The notes beneath the pieces are model-generated. The model saw only the letters and a program-made list of their open reading frames with translations, did not search any database and had not been told where the DNA came from. The translations under genes were made by a program, and so were the position numbers. 64,000 nucleotides of DNA from Nemertoderma westbladi (Eukaryota; Animalia; Xenacoelomorpha): the NCBI GenBank assembly GCA_032718475.1, contig JAUCBJ010006472.1, forward strand, positions 1 through 64,000, given 5' to 3'. Below are positions 49,128-61,206 of this stretch, piece by piece. Numbering within the stretch: the stretch's first letter is position 1; each line of letters begins with the position of its first letter.

Positions 49128-50032
49128 CTGTTAAAAATAAAAAAATAAAAACAAATGTTTCAATCAATATTATTAATCAATAGGCCTCAAGAAAAAGTGA
49201 ATTGTATCTGATTAAAAGTGCGGTAAATTAGCAGCTGTCTAGTGAAAGTTAGTGGAACCAGTTATTAATACAGGTAGCCTTGGCCGCTTGGGTGAAACGG
49301 CTACTGTCCTATGATACAGTTCTAAAGTAATATTTAAAGAATCTAAAAAAACAACGGTAAAATTCTTGTAACTCTGGATTTGAACAGAGGGACAGGAACA
49401 TTTCGTTTACGACAGGAACACATGTTGTTTTCATTTGTTTTCGGGCTTTTTATTTTATAGGTTCTATTTCTAATTATCAGTATCAGCGGATGTTGACTGT
49501 TGTTATCAAATCAGTTTAATTAAAATAATAAGTTAAAAATAATTTCATTCCAACGCAAATTAATTAATAATAGCGCACAAATATTTACGGATATTATATA
49601 AAATATATTTAATGAAAACTATTTTTCCACCTTTGCCCGTATCGGCCTACTTTACATGAAAACTAAAAGACTTCATCATCTTGTTGACACTAAGTTATTT
49701 GTTATTTAGTTAGACCAGCTATTTAGAATTGTATTCTGCTTTATTCGTAACATATTTAAAACTTTTTATTGATGTTAGTCTTAGTATTATTCACAGCTCT
49801 ATAGTTTTTTATGTAATTACTAGACTACTTCGTCTACTATACAGTTGTACTACTTGATGGTTAGGCCCTAAATATTTTTTTCAATCGGCTTTCAGATATT
49901 TATAACGTATCTTTATATTTATAACTCTCTAACTTATTATAAAGGAAAAAATGTATAAATTTAGTTCACTATTCTCGAGGTATAATATATTGAATTTACC
50001 GATAGCCATCATAATAGTGAAATAACTATATA

Positions 50033-50939
50033 CAACATGTCCCAGAATATAGTGTCGTAATTCAGTGACACGCCCCCCCCCCCCCCCCCAAATTTTTCTA
50101 CAAATCTTAATGAGATTGTATGAAATTTGAAACAGAGATAGTTTCACCTACCTCCTCCTTGCTGGGTGAGCCAGAATTTTAATTTTTGCTTTCATTCTTT
50201 AGCTACAAGTGTTTGAAAAAGGTGTCTCCGGTGATATTGCACCAGTTACACCGCAGTTATTCTTTAAACATTTAGTGATTTGTTGGTACTAGTGGAAAGC
50301 TGACCGTGCAAAGATTCCAAATATGTAAAAATATTTGAATTTGGTTGGGAAATAGCTGAGATATGGGCATTCGAATGTTGCATGTATTAGCTTCCACTGC
50401 AGGCCATTTATTCTATTAAATAAATACACAATGTTCTAGAACATTTTGATTATGTGGGAATATCTATAAACTAGTATTATCATGTAGGCATTGCATTGTT
50501 GCCAAGCTACTTATGAGATAAACAAAATGTTCTAGAACATTGTGTATTTATTAATTGAAGAAATGGCCTGCAGCGGAAGCAAATACATGCAAATTTCGAA
50601 TGCCAATAACTCAGCTATTTCCCAACCAAATTCAAATATTTTTACATATTTGGAATCCTTGCACGGTCAGCTTTCCACTAGTACCAACAAATCACTAAAT
50701 GTTTGAAGAATAACTGCGGTGAAACTTGTGCACGACGGAGACACTTTTTTTAAACGCTTGTAGCTAAAGAATGAAAGCGAAAATAAAAATTCTGGCTCAC
50801 CCAGTCAGTGGTCGGGAGGTGAAACTATCTCTGATTCAAATTTCATGCAATCTCATTAAGATTTGTAGAAAAATTTGGGGGGGGGGGGGGGGGGGGGGGC
50901 GTGTACCTGAATAACGACACTATATTCCAGGACATGGTG
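50033..50939. mobile_element. Tc1/mariner-like foldback MITE in the ZNF236-like intron
   Basis: TA TSD (50031-50032, 50940-50941); TIR CA(A/C)CATGTCC...; about 415-bp inverted arms (50033-50447 vs about 50523-50939). TIR stub also at about 21872-21891. Confidence 0.9.
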
Positions 50940-51269
50940 TATTTAAGTGGTGGCAATAAAGTAGGCTTTTTTCGTCGAGCGATTTTATTTGGCGAGCGTA
51001 GCGAGACAAATAAGAAAGCAAAACAAAAAATGTTACTTTTTACCACCACTTACGTCGTATTATTTCTGGTAAGTCTTCTCTCACTTTTATCTGGGCCTAT
51101 TTCAGCATAAATATCGTCCTTCGAAGCTTCTTTCATGGTGAAATACGGGCATTACTATACCCAGGGTACCCATAGTTTGACCAATTTTTTTCATATAAAA
51201 AGGCTTTTTTCATTAGATTTTTTTCTAGAACAAATATTGACCTTCTGACAGTAGGATGGTATTTTTTTC

Positions 51270-51500
51270 CAAAAAATGTTTTAGAATAAAAAATGTGTTC
51301 TAGAACATAAATATTTATCAAAATTGATAATTAACACTTCTTCAATAACATTTATAAAAAAGTAGAAAAAAATAGCTAAAAGTAAAAATATAAAATGTGT
51401 TCTAGAACAAAAAAAAGTGTTCTAGAACAAAAATATTTATCAAAATTGATTGCTAACACGTGTTCTAACATTTATATAAAAACTTAAGCAAAAACTAGCT
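51270..51500. repeat. About 120-bp tandem duplication rich in GTGTTCTAGAACA
   Basis: GTGTTCTAGAACA(T/A)AAATATTTATCAAAATTGAT occurs twice. Confidence 0.7.
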
Positions 51501-51765
51501 AGTAGCTAGTATTAGAAATTATCTATTTAAATGCAATAATTAATGTCATTGAAACATTACTTTTTTTGTTAACAAAAAAAGTGTTATTTTTATGTCAAAC
51601 TACAACGTCTTTGACAAAAAAGTGACTTACAGTTACAGCAAATAAAAAATGTTCTACGTTTCTTCCAATGCATTTAAAAACAGCAAATACCAGAAACCTT
51701 ACAATAGGAAAAATTTGTGATCGATTAACAAAATTAGTATCCTTCCCTCCACGTATATAACTCAC

Positions 51766-54700
51766 CGCTGTTTGGCCCCACGAGACTGTGGATGAATTGT
51801 GTCGCGTCGTGAAGGATTGTGTAGCCTGGTAGGTTGGATTCTGTAGCTGGGGATCGGATCTCTGAGTCCCAAGATCGGTAAGGTGTTGAAACAACGCAGG
51901 GTTGATCTGGGAGTGTTCTGATCCCGCAATGAGCCCATCGGGGAGCTGCACCGGCATGTGGGACGCACCGTTGGCGTGATGCACCGACAAGGCGCGGCTT
52001 TGTGGTGGGTTGTCCGATCTCAGCGCGTTGAGGTGCGTCGCCATATGATTCATACACGAGTCCAAACAAGCGAACCTTCGGAAACAATACGGACACAGAT
52101 AGGGTTTATTGTCGTCGTGAATAACGCGTGTATGCCGATCCAGACTGCCTTTAGTGGTAAAACTCACGGAACAAATGGAACACCGGAAGTTTTTTAGACC
52201 GGCGTGAGTACCAATATGGGCTTTGAGTGAGTGGCTTCTGGTAAATCGCTTCTCGCAGTGGAGGCAGGTGTAAGGCCGGTTGCTATTATTGTGGAAGCGA
52301 CTGTGTTGCTTCAAATGAATCAATTTACGGAACGATTTATTGCAGATGTGGCAAGGGTAGTCCAACCTAGGCGGCGGTTCAACCTGCTTCACTTGTCCGC
52401 TTTCCGCTATAAATAAGGGTGCCGACATCGGGTGTATGAGAGGCGGCTGCCCCTCCTGGGCTTCGGATCGCAACAGTTCCCTCGATGACAGGTAGTGGCG
52501 GCTGCGGAAGTGGGCGTCACGGTGGGCGACTGTGCGGAAGGTACGCTCGCACAATGTGCAGGAGTACGGACGGGAACCCGTATGTATGCGCATGTGGACC
52601 TTGAGAGAGGCTGAGGAAGCGAACCCTTTCTGGCAAACCGCGCAAACTTCGTCTTTAACACCGTAATGCATTTTAAAATGTACCTTCAAAGCGCTCTTAC
52701 ACGAGTATTGTTTGTTGCAGTAGTTGCAACGATACGGCTTTTCATTCGTGTGTGTACGAGTATGCCGCACTATATCGCATACCTTTTTAAAAGCTCTATG
52801 ACAATATTGACATCGGTAACCATCCTTCGTTTTGCACAGTGATGGAAGATTGCTCCCGCAATCGTTGGGCTGATTGTCACTCATTTTACGCAGGACGTGA
52901 TTCCTGAGAGACATTCTCACACTAATAGTGTTTGCTCCTGAACCTTCAGACACAACCTTATCGGCATTACTTGTCGTGCGTACCATATGTGAGTTTGAAG
53001 TTATATCGTCACATTGTTTGGGCCTATCTGTTTCCTTAGTTACAGTGTGTATATTTCCATAGTTACCCAGTAACTCGGATACCGCCTTGTGGAATTGATT
53101 CTGAAGACGTGTCGTGCTCCCAACCCAACTCTCTACTGGTTTGGGTTTATTAATTGGACGCCCACGGGATGAAACAGATGGCTGACAATGATCAACAGCT
53201 TCCAAGTCCGACAACTTCTTTCGCAATATTTGACTTTTCATCGCATCGCGCAGAACTTCGTCGCATTCTGGATGCATTCTAGAGTAATGCAACTTAAGTG
53301 TTCTGGTTTTGTCGTAACTACACGAGCAATAGTTGCACTGAAAGCGTTGCGTAACATCGGATTCATTTGACGGCTGTAACTCTTGATGTGCATTCCTGAG
53401 GTGAACTTTAAGATTCCCCCTATGGGAGAATGTCGCACTGCAGTGAGGACAAGCAACTGGTCTCAGGGATTTCTCCGTGTGAACACTGGCCATGTGACGA
53501 GTCAGAGTTTCTTTTTGGTTGAAGGACTTATCGCATTTGTCGCAGGGAAAGGGTTTATCGCCAGTGTGAATCCGGTAATGTCTGCGTAGTTGAGCCGGTC
53601 TTGCGAAGGATTTAAAGCACTGTTTACAGCTTTTATCATTGTTTCTGTAACGATAAATCTTGATCCGAACTTTATCTGAATCTGCCAGGGTTTCACCAGT
53701 TTCACATTCAGACAAAGCAATAGATTTCGGTAAACCATTGACGTTGATTGCAGGTTGAGAATTTCTTCCCGAATTCGTTGTCGTATCTCCATTAGCGTCC
53801 GCTACAATACCGCTACATTCAGTAACATTAACAACACTCGCTCTCGAAGCAGATGGCGAATTACTGTCGCCAACATTAGGAGCTGACAAGGGTGTTTGCG
53901 TTTTGCTAAACTTCAATATACTATGAGTGGGTATATTTATTGTGTACTGTTCGTCATGACAATCGTTAATATGTTTTAATATTTGGTTCATTGATTGAAA
54001 TCCAACATCACCACAAATGTTACATATCAATTCTTCATCTCGCATGTGCATTACAATATGAGATATTAATCCAGCCCTTCTTCGAAAAACACGCTTACAC
54101 TGAGAGCAAATTAGGGGTTGTGATGAATCTGAATGGATAATTTTGTGTAATTCCAAATTCTTCATAAAATTAAATTCCATGTCACAATCTTCACATTTAT
54201 AAGGGCGAGCCAACAAATGTTCTTGAATATGTAAATCGAATTTCGAATATACCTTGAATATTGACGGACAATAATCGCATTTGAACGGAGGTTTTTTTGA
54301 AATAGTTCTGATATTCGGTGGCGATTCGATTGGGGTTTTAGAAACATCTGAATCAAGTAAATCGGTGTTATCAATAACATTAGATTCACACAAATTAACA
54401 TTAAAATGTTGAAATATCTCATTTGGAGGAGCGGCCATCGATAAATTACGGTTAGTAACATCCTGAAATGTGGCAACACTAGAAACCAAAGGCCATGAGT
54501 TAGTTCCTGTGAAGTATAAGGGTATACCCTGGCTTGCCACAATCGATGGAGCACCAACACTTAGCTGTGATTCAACGGTTACAGGTAATATTCTACCTGC
54601 TACATTATATACGGATAATTCACCAGTAGTTGCGTCTCTGATTTGAATAAGATTAGTTGGGATTGACGTAGTGTAATTATTAGTATTACTGGTAGAATGT

Positions 54701-55053
54701 GTCGCCATAATTTGGGGATTTTGGGAACAAACATTTTGGCTGTCTGATATGTTTCGAGACATCAATAAATTGGCATTTGAAAGTGTTCCATAACGCAGAC
54801 CTAATTCATTCACTACTTCCACATTAGAAACGCTAATTTCCTCAGTATTGACATATCTTTCAAGGGCATTTATATCAGGTAGATTATCCAAATCATTTGG
54901 ATCTGCAGCTATATCAAGTTGTTTATCACCGTATGTAGTTGGTATCGTAGTATTACGAGCTGTCCCGCCTGTGAGAATGTTAAAATCGTGAATCCAATCG
55001 CAGTCAGACGAAAGTTGACTAATGGAAGAGATTCTATGATCAGTTGCATCCAT
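51766..55053 (-). CDS. ZNF236: ZNF236-like C2H2 protein, exon 1
   Basis: 1096 codons with 16 CxxC fingers; clusters FARPAQLRRH..FNQK..FSHRGNLKVH and FKKVCDIVRH..KSALKVH..SSASLKVHMRIHTGSRP..FRTVAHR parallel ZNF236 clusters as recalled; donor GCG|GTGAGT, phase 0; total about 1824 aa. Confidence 0.85.
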
Positions 55054-57510
55054 ATTGTATTATATTAACATAACATATTACATACTAACATAGGCCTATT
55101 GTTTTACCCGCTGTCTGATATTCTTACAATCAATTTTCTACAGTACTTTTGTTATAATTCCTGTATCCTGTTTCTGTACATACCCCATATGCCATACCCA
55201 TACCGGTACGGAAATTTGTTCCACACTGACAGACTGGCTGACTGATAGCAGGATAGTGATATAAGTACCGGTACCATAAAACAGCAACGGGGTGATACAT
55301 TTTTTTAGCTTTCTGCCTTTAAATTTAACTGTCTGACTGTGAATAAAGTTTGAAGTTTTTATCCTACAGTACAGAGTTGGACATGGACAATCCAAAGTTG
55401 GGTGAAGTTGGAAGTCCGATTTTGGCGAATAGCACTCGCGCTCGCAAAAATAAAAAATGGTAAACCGGTAATTACTTTGGCAGTTTGGGGACCGTTGTGC
55501 CTTGTGCGTTGAATGAATGATGAAACACTTTTACCAGTTTACATATAGGCCTAGTTACATACTGACTCTGACATATAAGCTAATTTTTATAACTTTTACA
55601 TACCGATAAAAAAAAATTTTTACATTTAAATTAAAATTTTTTTTTATAGGCCTAAACATATTTATTCATAAATAAGTCAGTAAGTCTGTAAGTAGGCCTA
55701 CCGGTAGCGGTAGGCAGGTAGGCGGTAGGCCTACCCCAACACAACACACGTCATAAACTCAGAAACTAATTGAGGGAAAGGGGCAGTTTACAGACTGACA
55801 GAGGCAGCTTTTCTAACCAAAACAATAAACGGTCACTTTCTGACTGTACCAATTAAAGAATTGAGGGAAACGATCAGGTTACAGAGGCTGAGAGCGAGAG
55901 GCGGGCTTTTCTAACCAAACCAATAAGTATAATTACTTCTGTACTTGGGGACAGCCAGACCGTTGTATACTACTAGGATCGGCATGCTGCATTGCAGCTG
56001 CAATTTTAACCCTGCCCCGGTATGGTAAAAAATTATCCTTCACCGGTAACATGGGGTATTTTTATACCCCAAATTGATAAGACATTTTAAGTAACATTAA
56101 ACAGAAAAACACTTGCAATCCCCCTCCCAGAATTTGCCAAATGGTGAAAAAATAAGTTGTGAATTTTTTTTTGAATTTGGTTGAAGTCTACCCAACGCTC
56201 AATGCCACAAAAGTTATCCCACTACAATCGCGATCATCGTTAACGTCGCGATGGGGCGTTTTGCAACAAGATACTATCATAGCGAAGCATTAGCCTGTTA
56301 GCTGTAAGAGTGTTTCTCATTTTAGGTTTTTTAGTGGTGTTATGGGTCAAGAACACCCTGAAATATACCATTGCAGTTCCAATAAGCATAAAATGAGTCA
56401 AATTCTCAAATACCACCACTAAAAGTCAACAAAGTGATATATATATACAGATATATCACCTCGCAATAGCACAAGATCTTGAATTGTAATATGAAATATA
56501 CACCATGACTGCAAAAGTATTGATGATTTGGTCATAAAATGTGATTATTGTCCAACTAAATTATACATTGCAGTTTCAATGAACCCAAAATGAGACCCAA
56601 AAGGCCAGAACACCTCTAAGAAAGCCTACACAATAAGAATTATTCACATATACTTCGCAATCTATCGCATCGCGATTAGGCCGAAGTCTTGGCTTGTGAA
56701 ATACAGGCCATACACTATACAGTAGCTTCATAATACTGATAATTTGGTCTTAAAAGACAAAGTTAAAACATGCCTATAGCTGTCTAGTACAACTAAATCG
56801 ACCATAACCATAACCATAACCAACGAGCACCATAACGTTATGGGGTATTTTTATACCCCATCTTACCTAACTACTGAACTAAGTTGTTTTCAAATTAAGG
56901 GCCTATAACATTTTTCCTAAACAAAATTTTATGGGTTTGACCCACACAATCGTTAGATTACAAGTTTTTCGGACAGTCGGAAGATACTATGAAGTTGGAC
57001 ATACATCAGTCGGTGAGAAGTCAAAAATTGGACTTCAAGTCCAATTTTAGATTTCAAGTCCAATTTTGGACTCCAAAGTCCAATATTGGACTTTAGTACT
57101 ACTCCAAGTGTACCCATGCAGCCATACTATAGGCCTATATCGGTATTTAAATCAAAACTGCATCCCGCATCCGCATCAGTACATATAGGCCTATATTACA
57201 TAATTACAATGCAACATTATTTTAATGATCAAATTAATTATTATATATAAGTATTATACTGTTATAAGCAGGGATCGCACAAGTACAGTCAGACATCAGT
57301 AGCTACTTTTTGCGGTAGTGGTATGGCTTTGCGGTAGCCTTACTGCCTTAGCGGTGTATACCGCAACCGCGGTAGCGGTAGTTGAGTTATAGCTGTATAG
57401 TTCATTCATACCCATACCTGTGGTATTTTCGTATGGAAAAATAAGACTACTGTAAACTGTAACCTATTATGTTATTGAGTTAATGTTTATTGACTATAAT
57501 TGTTTTGATT

Positions 57511-58763
57511 AGGTTCAGTGTCAAGTACAATGTACACATCTCTGCATCTCCAACCAGACACTAGGGCTCGATCGGAGCTCCGGCCTCCGGCTCCGGCTCC
57601 GGCCATTTTGGCACCTCCGGCTCCTGCTCCGGCTCCGGTAAAAATATTGCCGGAGTTAATTTTTTAATAAAGTATTATATTTCGTGCATATTCTAATCTG
57701 AACAATTATTTAACACTATAAGTACTGTCTGACTGTAGTACCAGAGTACAGCTTCAATATCAAGGTATAATCTGATAATACTGCAGTAGGCCTATTTACT
57801 TAAAGTCAATGACTGACTGACTGTACTGCAGTACTGGTACTGTCCAGCTGGCTGACTAGCAGACTATTACAGATAGGCCCTACCTGCCTACTGTAAAAAA
57901 TTGTAAATGCTATGATTGTACACTGTCAGACAGTCAGACTGTACCACTGCAGCCATTTACTGCTGTCATGCCAGCATACTGTACTGCAGTACTGGTACAC
58001 GTACGGTAGGCTACCTACAGTACACACCTCTACTGCTCTACCACAGTTAGACAGTTAGTGAGTTAGGTACTGTAGGTAATTTTTAGACGTCAGCGTCAGG
58101 CCGTCGCCGTCAGCGTCAGGCCGTCTGTCCGTGATAAATTAATTACTTAAATTTTAAATTAAAATTCGTAAATCTATAAATTATGAAATTAATTAGACCT
58201 ACAGTAGGATTGATTATGAGCGATTGGCGAACGATAACCATACTTTATTTTTTTAAAAATAAATAATTAAATTTTTTAAATTTTGAAAAACTCCGGCTCC
58301 TGCTCCGGCTCCGGCCAAATTGTCCAACTCCGGCTCCTGCTCCGGCTCCGGCCAAATCCCAACTCCGATCGAGCCCTACCAGACACTATATAACATTGGA
58401 TTTGGAGGTGTCTCATTCAGTCATTGGTTGTTGGTTCCCCCAAGCTTGACACTAGAACAAAGCCGCCTCCGCTTTGCAGGACCTTGCTTTAAGCCGTGAG
58501 GACCAGCCAGTGCACCTCATGAAGTGAATAAGCATGGTTGACAGCCCATGACTTTCTTGAGACGCATATTTCTTACTGTCTTAACATAAGGGACACTGGC
58601 CTTGAAGATGCGGATGATCTAGCAAATGTCATGGGTGATAAGGCTGTAAGGGTGTAAGGGAGTTGTGGAGGCGCATTTTTGTCAACAAGCCGGCACAACA
58701 TTATTGGGCCTATACAGATATATAATGCAGCTGCAATGCAGCATGCCGATTGTAGTAGTAGTA
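57511..58763 (+). mobile_element. RTE 3' fragment interrupted by a hAT MITE
   Basis: Matches 17301-17670 on both sides of the hAT insertion; GTAGTAGTAGTA tail. Confidence 0.85.
57562..58378. mobile_element. hAT (Ac-like) MITE
   Basis: TIR TAGGGCTCGATCGGAG; 8-bp TSD CCAGACAC (57554-57561, 58379-58386); (CTCCGG)n subterminal repeats; empty site at about 17337-17344. Confidence 0.95.
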
Positions 58764-59378
58764 TATGGTGATGTGATAGGGCTCCTTCAATTGGTAATGT
58801 CAAAAGTGGCCGATTATTGTTTTAGTTAAAAAAAGCCTGCCTCTGTAACCTGTTCCTTTCCCTCAATTGGTTTATGATTATGACGTGTGTTACTTCTTAC
58901 TTCTGTACTTATTATGTGGAGATCCCAACACGTTAATCAGTTACTAATCCCCTTTCATTATCCAGCCGTTTTAAAATACCCTTCCTCTGTTGTATGGAAA
59001 AATTAGAAGAGATGGTGGTAGCAGGTAGCATCAACTTGTACTGTAGTATTTCTTTCTGATAGGGCTCCCATAGGCTTAGACGAAATCGCAGCTTGTACTG
59101 TAGTTAGCCTTAGCAGCAGCTGCAGTTGGCAAACCTGGCACTGGCATTGCTACCAGTTTCCACCAAATATAATTTGTAATTAAATATTTGTTGGAGCATA
59201 ATCTAATCTAGTCCTAAAGACTCTAAAGTCCTGGGTACATAAGGCTGTAAGCAGGTAAGGTTAGACATAACATGAATGTAAATTGTAAACTAAACAATAT
59301 GCTAAAAGCAGAAAAGTAAAGTACAAAGTACCTAGAATGCTAGAATGTACCATTATATTCTAAATAGGCCTACAGCAG

Positions 59379-59434
59379 GGGTAAATCTTTTCGACCTACG
59401 CGTAGGCCTACGCGTAGGTCGAAAAGATTTACCC
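59379..59434. mobile_element. 56-bp perfect palindrome with 9-bp TSD (MULE-like mini-element)
   Basis: GGGTAAATCTTTTCGACCTACGCGTAGG|CCTACGCGTAGGTCGAAAAGATTTACCC flanked by CTACAGCAG at 59370-59378 and 59435-59443. Confidence 0.7.
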
Positions 59435-60789
59435 CTACAGCAGTACAGTACACTGAAGATACATACAGAGCTGCAAAGGTAACTTTCCATAACTTAATAG
59501 CTGTCTGGCTGTCTCTCATCTGTCATGCTTCAAGTACCTTTAAGTTTGATTCTCAATGTCACGTCCAAAATTGGACTTAAAGTCTAATATTGGACTTTTG
59601 TAAAAATTCAAAGCCTTATAAAAAAAGTTCCCCCTGGTGAATTTCAGGTCCCCCTGTTCAAAACTCTTATTTTTTGATATATTTTCGATTAAAAAAAAAA
59701 AATCCCGCCTGATCCAATTACCCAAGGCCCTGGAACAATTGGCTGATTTGAAGTCCAATATTGGACTCACAGAAGTCCAATTTTGGACTTGAACTGGAGT
59801 TGAAGTCCAATTTTGGACTCAAGTCCAATTTTTGACTTCTCACCGACAGTACATAATATGAGAGATTGTCGAAAAATATCAAAAGTAATCCCATTGCTGC
59901 CTTGGGGTATTATTTTACGCCACGTTACCGAGGGAGGGTTAAGAATGCTGAGACCCTGCCGTTGTATGAAACACTTGTATTTGTATATATCAGTACTGCA
60001 GTATACAGGTATATTTTATATCCGGAACCGGAACCGCTTATTTTATGAAACACTTTTTAAAATTTTTCTATAAATATTTTTTTTCATAAATAAATAGGGA
60101 GGGGGGGGGGGGGGGGGGGGCTACTGGCGTAACAGACAATTTTCACTCCCCATCTCAGCATCTGCCCATGCAAAATCACTCCCTGCATGGTCTGCCGGTT
60201 AAAATTCCCTTGTGAATTTTAGCCCCCTCCAAGCAAGCCTGACGCCTCCAGTGAAAACTCCTGCATTTATAAATCTTCACTCTCTGACTCTGCCTGTCTG
60301 CGCAACGCAAATCCATCCCCGGTTAAAGTTCGCTAGTGTATTTTCACTCCCGTTATATTTTTTGTATCTTCTACAGTATTCGACTTTATTTACGTAATGC
60401 AGGTAATGATTATTCAAGAACACGAAATCATTTACTGATTTACTACATTTTTTTATTTACTACATTACACAATTTAATTTACTACATTTATTTACATTGA
60501 GTAAGGAACCATCAGGCAGTCAGGAATTGAAGAGTGCAGTAATTAGAATATTGCAGTAACTTGTATAGGTCTCTAAAGTCTAAATCAGACAGCAGTAAAC
60601 TGCGTACTGCATAGTACAAATACTACCGGTACTAAAAGAAATAAATAGTACCTGTAAAATACAATTTCAAACCATTTCAATTTATTTTGTAACTCCATCT
60701 CCTGATCTCGTCGCTCCAATTTTATTAAATAATTGATCAACAACAAAAAAAGTACCAATTTAAGACAGTAAGAATAAAATTACGGTACG

Positions 60790-60931
60790 TTACATGGAAA
60801 AAAACGGGTAGAACATTTTTTCAATATTCTCTCGACCCTTTATTAATCTTGGCAGCTTGGTGACGCTCGGTAAATAAAACCACGAAAATTCCTCGAGAAT
60901 AGTGAAAAAAGTTCTACTTTTCCCATGTAAT
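60790..60931. mobile_element. Short imperfect hairpin element (Crypton-like), related to about 11590-11680
   Basis: TTACATGGAAAA..TAGAACATTTTTTCA ... TGAAAAAAGTTCTA..TTTCCCATGTAA inverted ends. Confidence 0.45.
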
Positions 60932-61154
60932 AAAAAAATTATTCCATTCTGTAATATTGGTAATTTGCATACCGGTAGTGGACTGTCACTCTGTCAGCAG
61001 TGTCAGGCCTCAGGAATATTGCTGTATTGTAATACAATAACACTTATAAAGGATTACGAAACAACAGAACAATGTTAGATGGACCTACAAAAATCGTAGT
61101 TCTTACAGTGACAGTATTACTGTAGCCGATTTTAACTAAAATAATAAAATAATT

Positions 61155-61206
61155 GTCGTGACTAAAATAATAAAGTCGCGACTAAAATAATAAAGTCGCG
61201 ACTAAA
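61155..61206. repeat. 20-bp tandem repeat GTCGCGACTAAAATAATAAA at the BEL breakpoint
   Basis: About 2.6 units directly abutting the truncated end of BEL copy 2. Confidence 0.85.

Larger units (their letters stand above)
57007..59849. mobile_element. TIR element with 5-bp TSD and TTGGACTT/AAGTCCAA subterminal arrays (unclassified)
   Basis: TIR C(A/T)GTCGGTGAGAAGTCAAAAATTGGACTT; direct repeat TACAT at 57002-57006 and 59850-59854. Confidence 0.75.
56010..59938. mobile_element. Non-autonomous piggyBac-like element with nested insertions
   Basis: TTAA TSD (56006-56009, 59939-59942); termini CCCTGCCCCGGT / ACCGAGGGAGGG; GGGGTAT..ATACCCC subterminal palindromes. Confidence 0.8.
55969..59958 (-). 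mobile_element. Very short RTE 3' stub split by a piggyBac-like insertion
   Basis: 55967-56009 plus 59943-59950 is the reverse complement of about 17618-17667; 9-bp TSD CCGTTGTAT at 55960-55968 and 59959-59967. Confidence 0.75.

Noticed and set aside
46964-49167. Overlapping alternative-frame and antisense ORFs within the ZNF236-like exon
   Set aside because: Shadow ORFs of a GC-rich coding exon with no motifs.
51595-51765. C-terminal 56 aa of the 1152-aa ORF
   Set aside because: Read-through into the intron past a strong in-phase GTGAGT donor.
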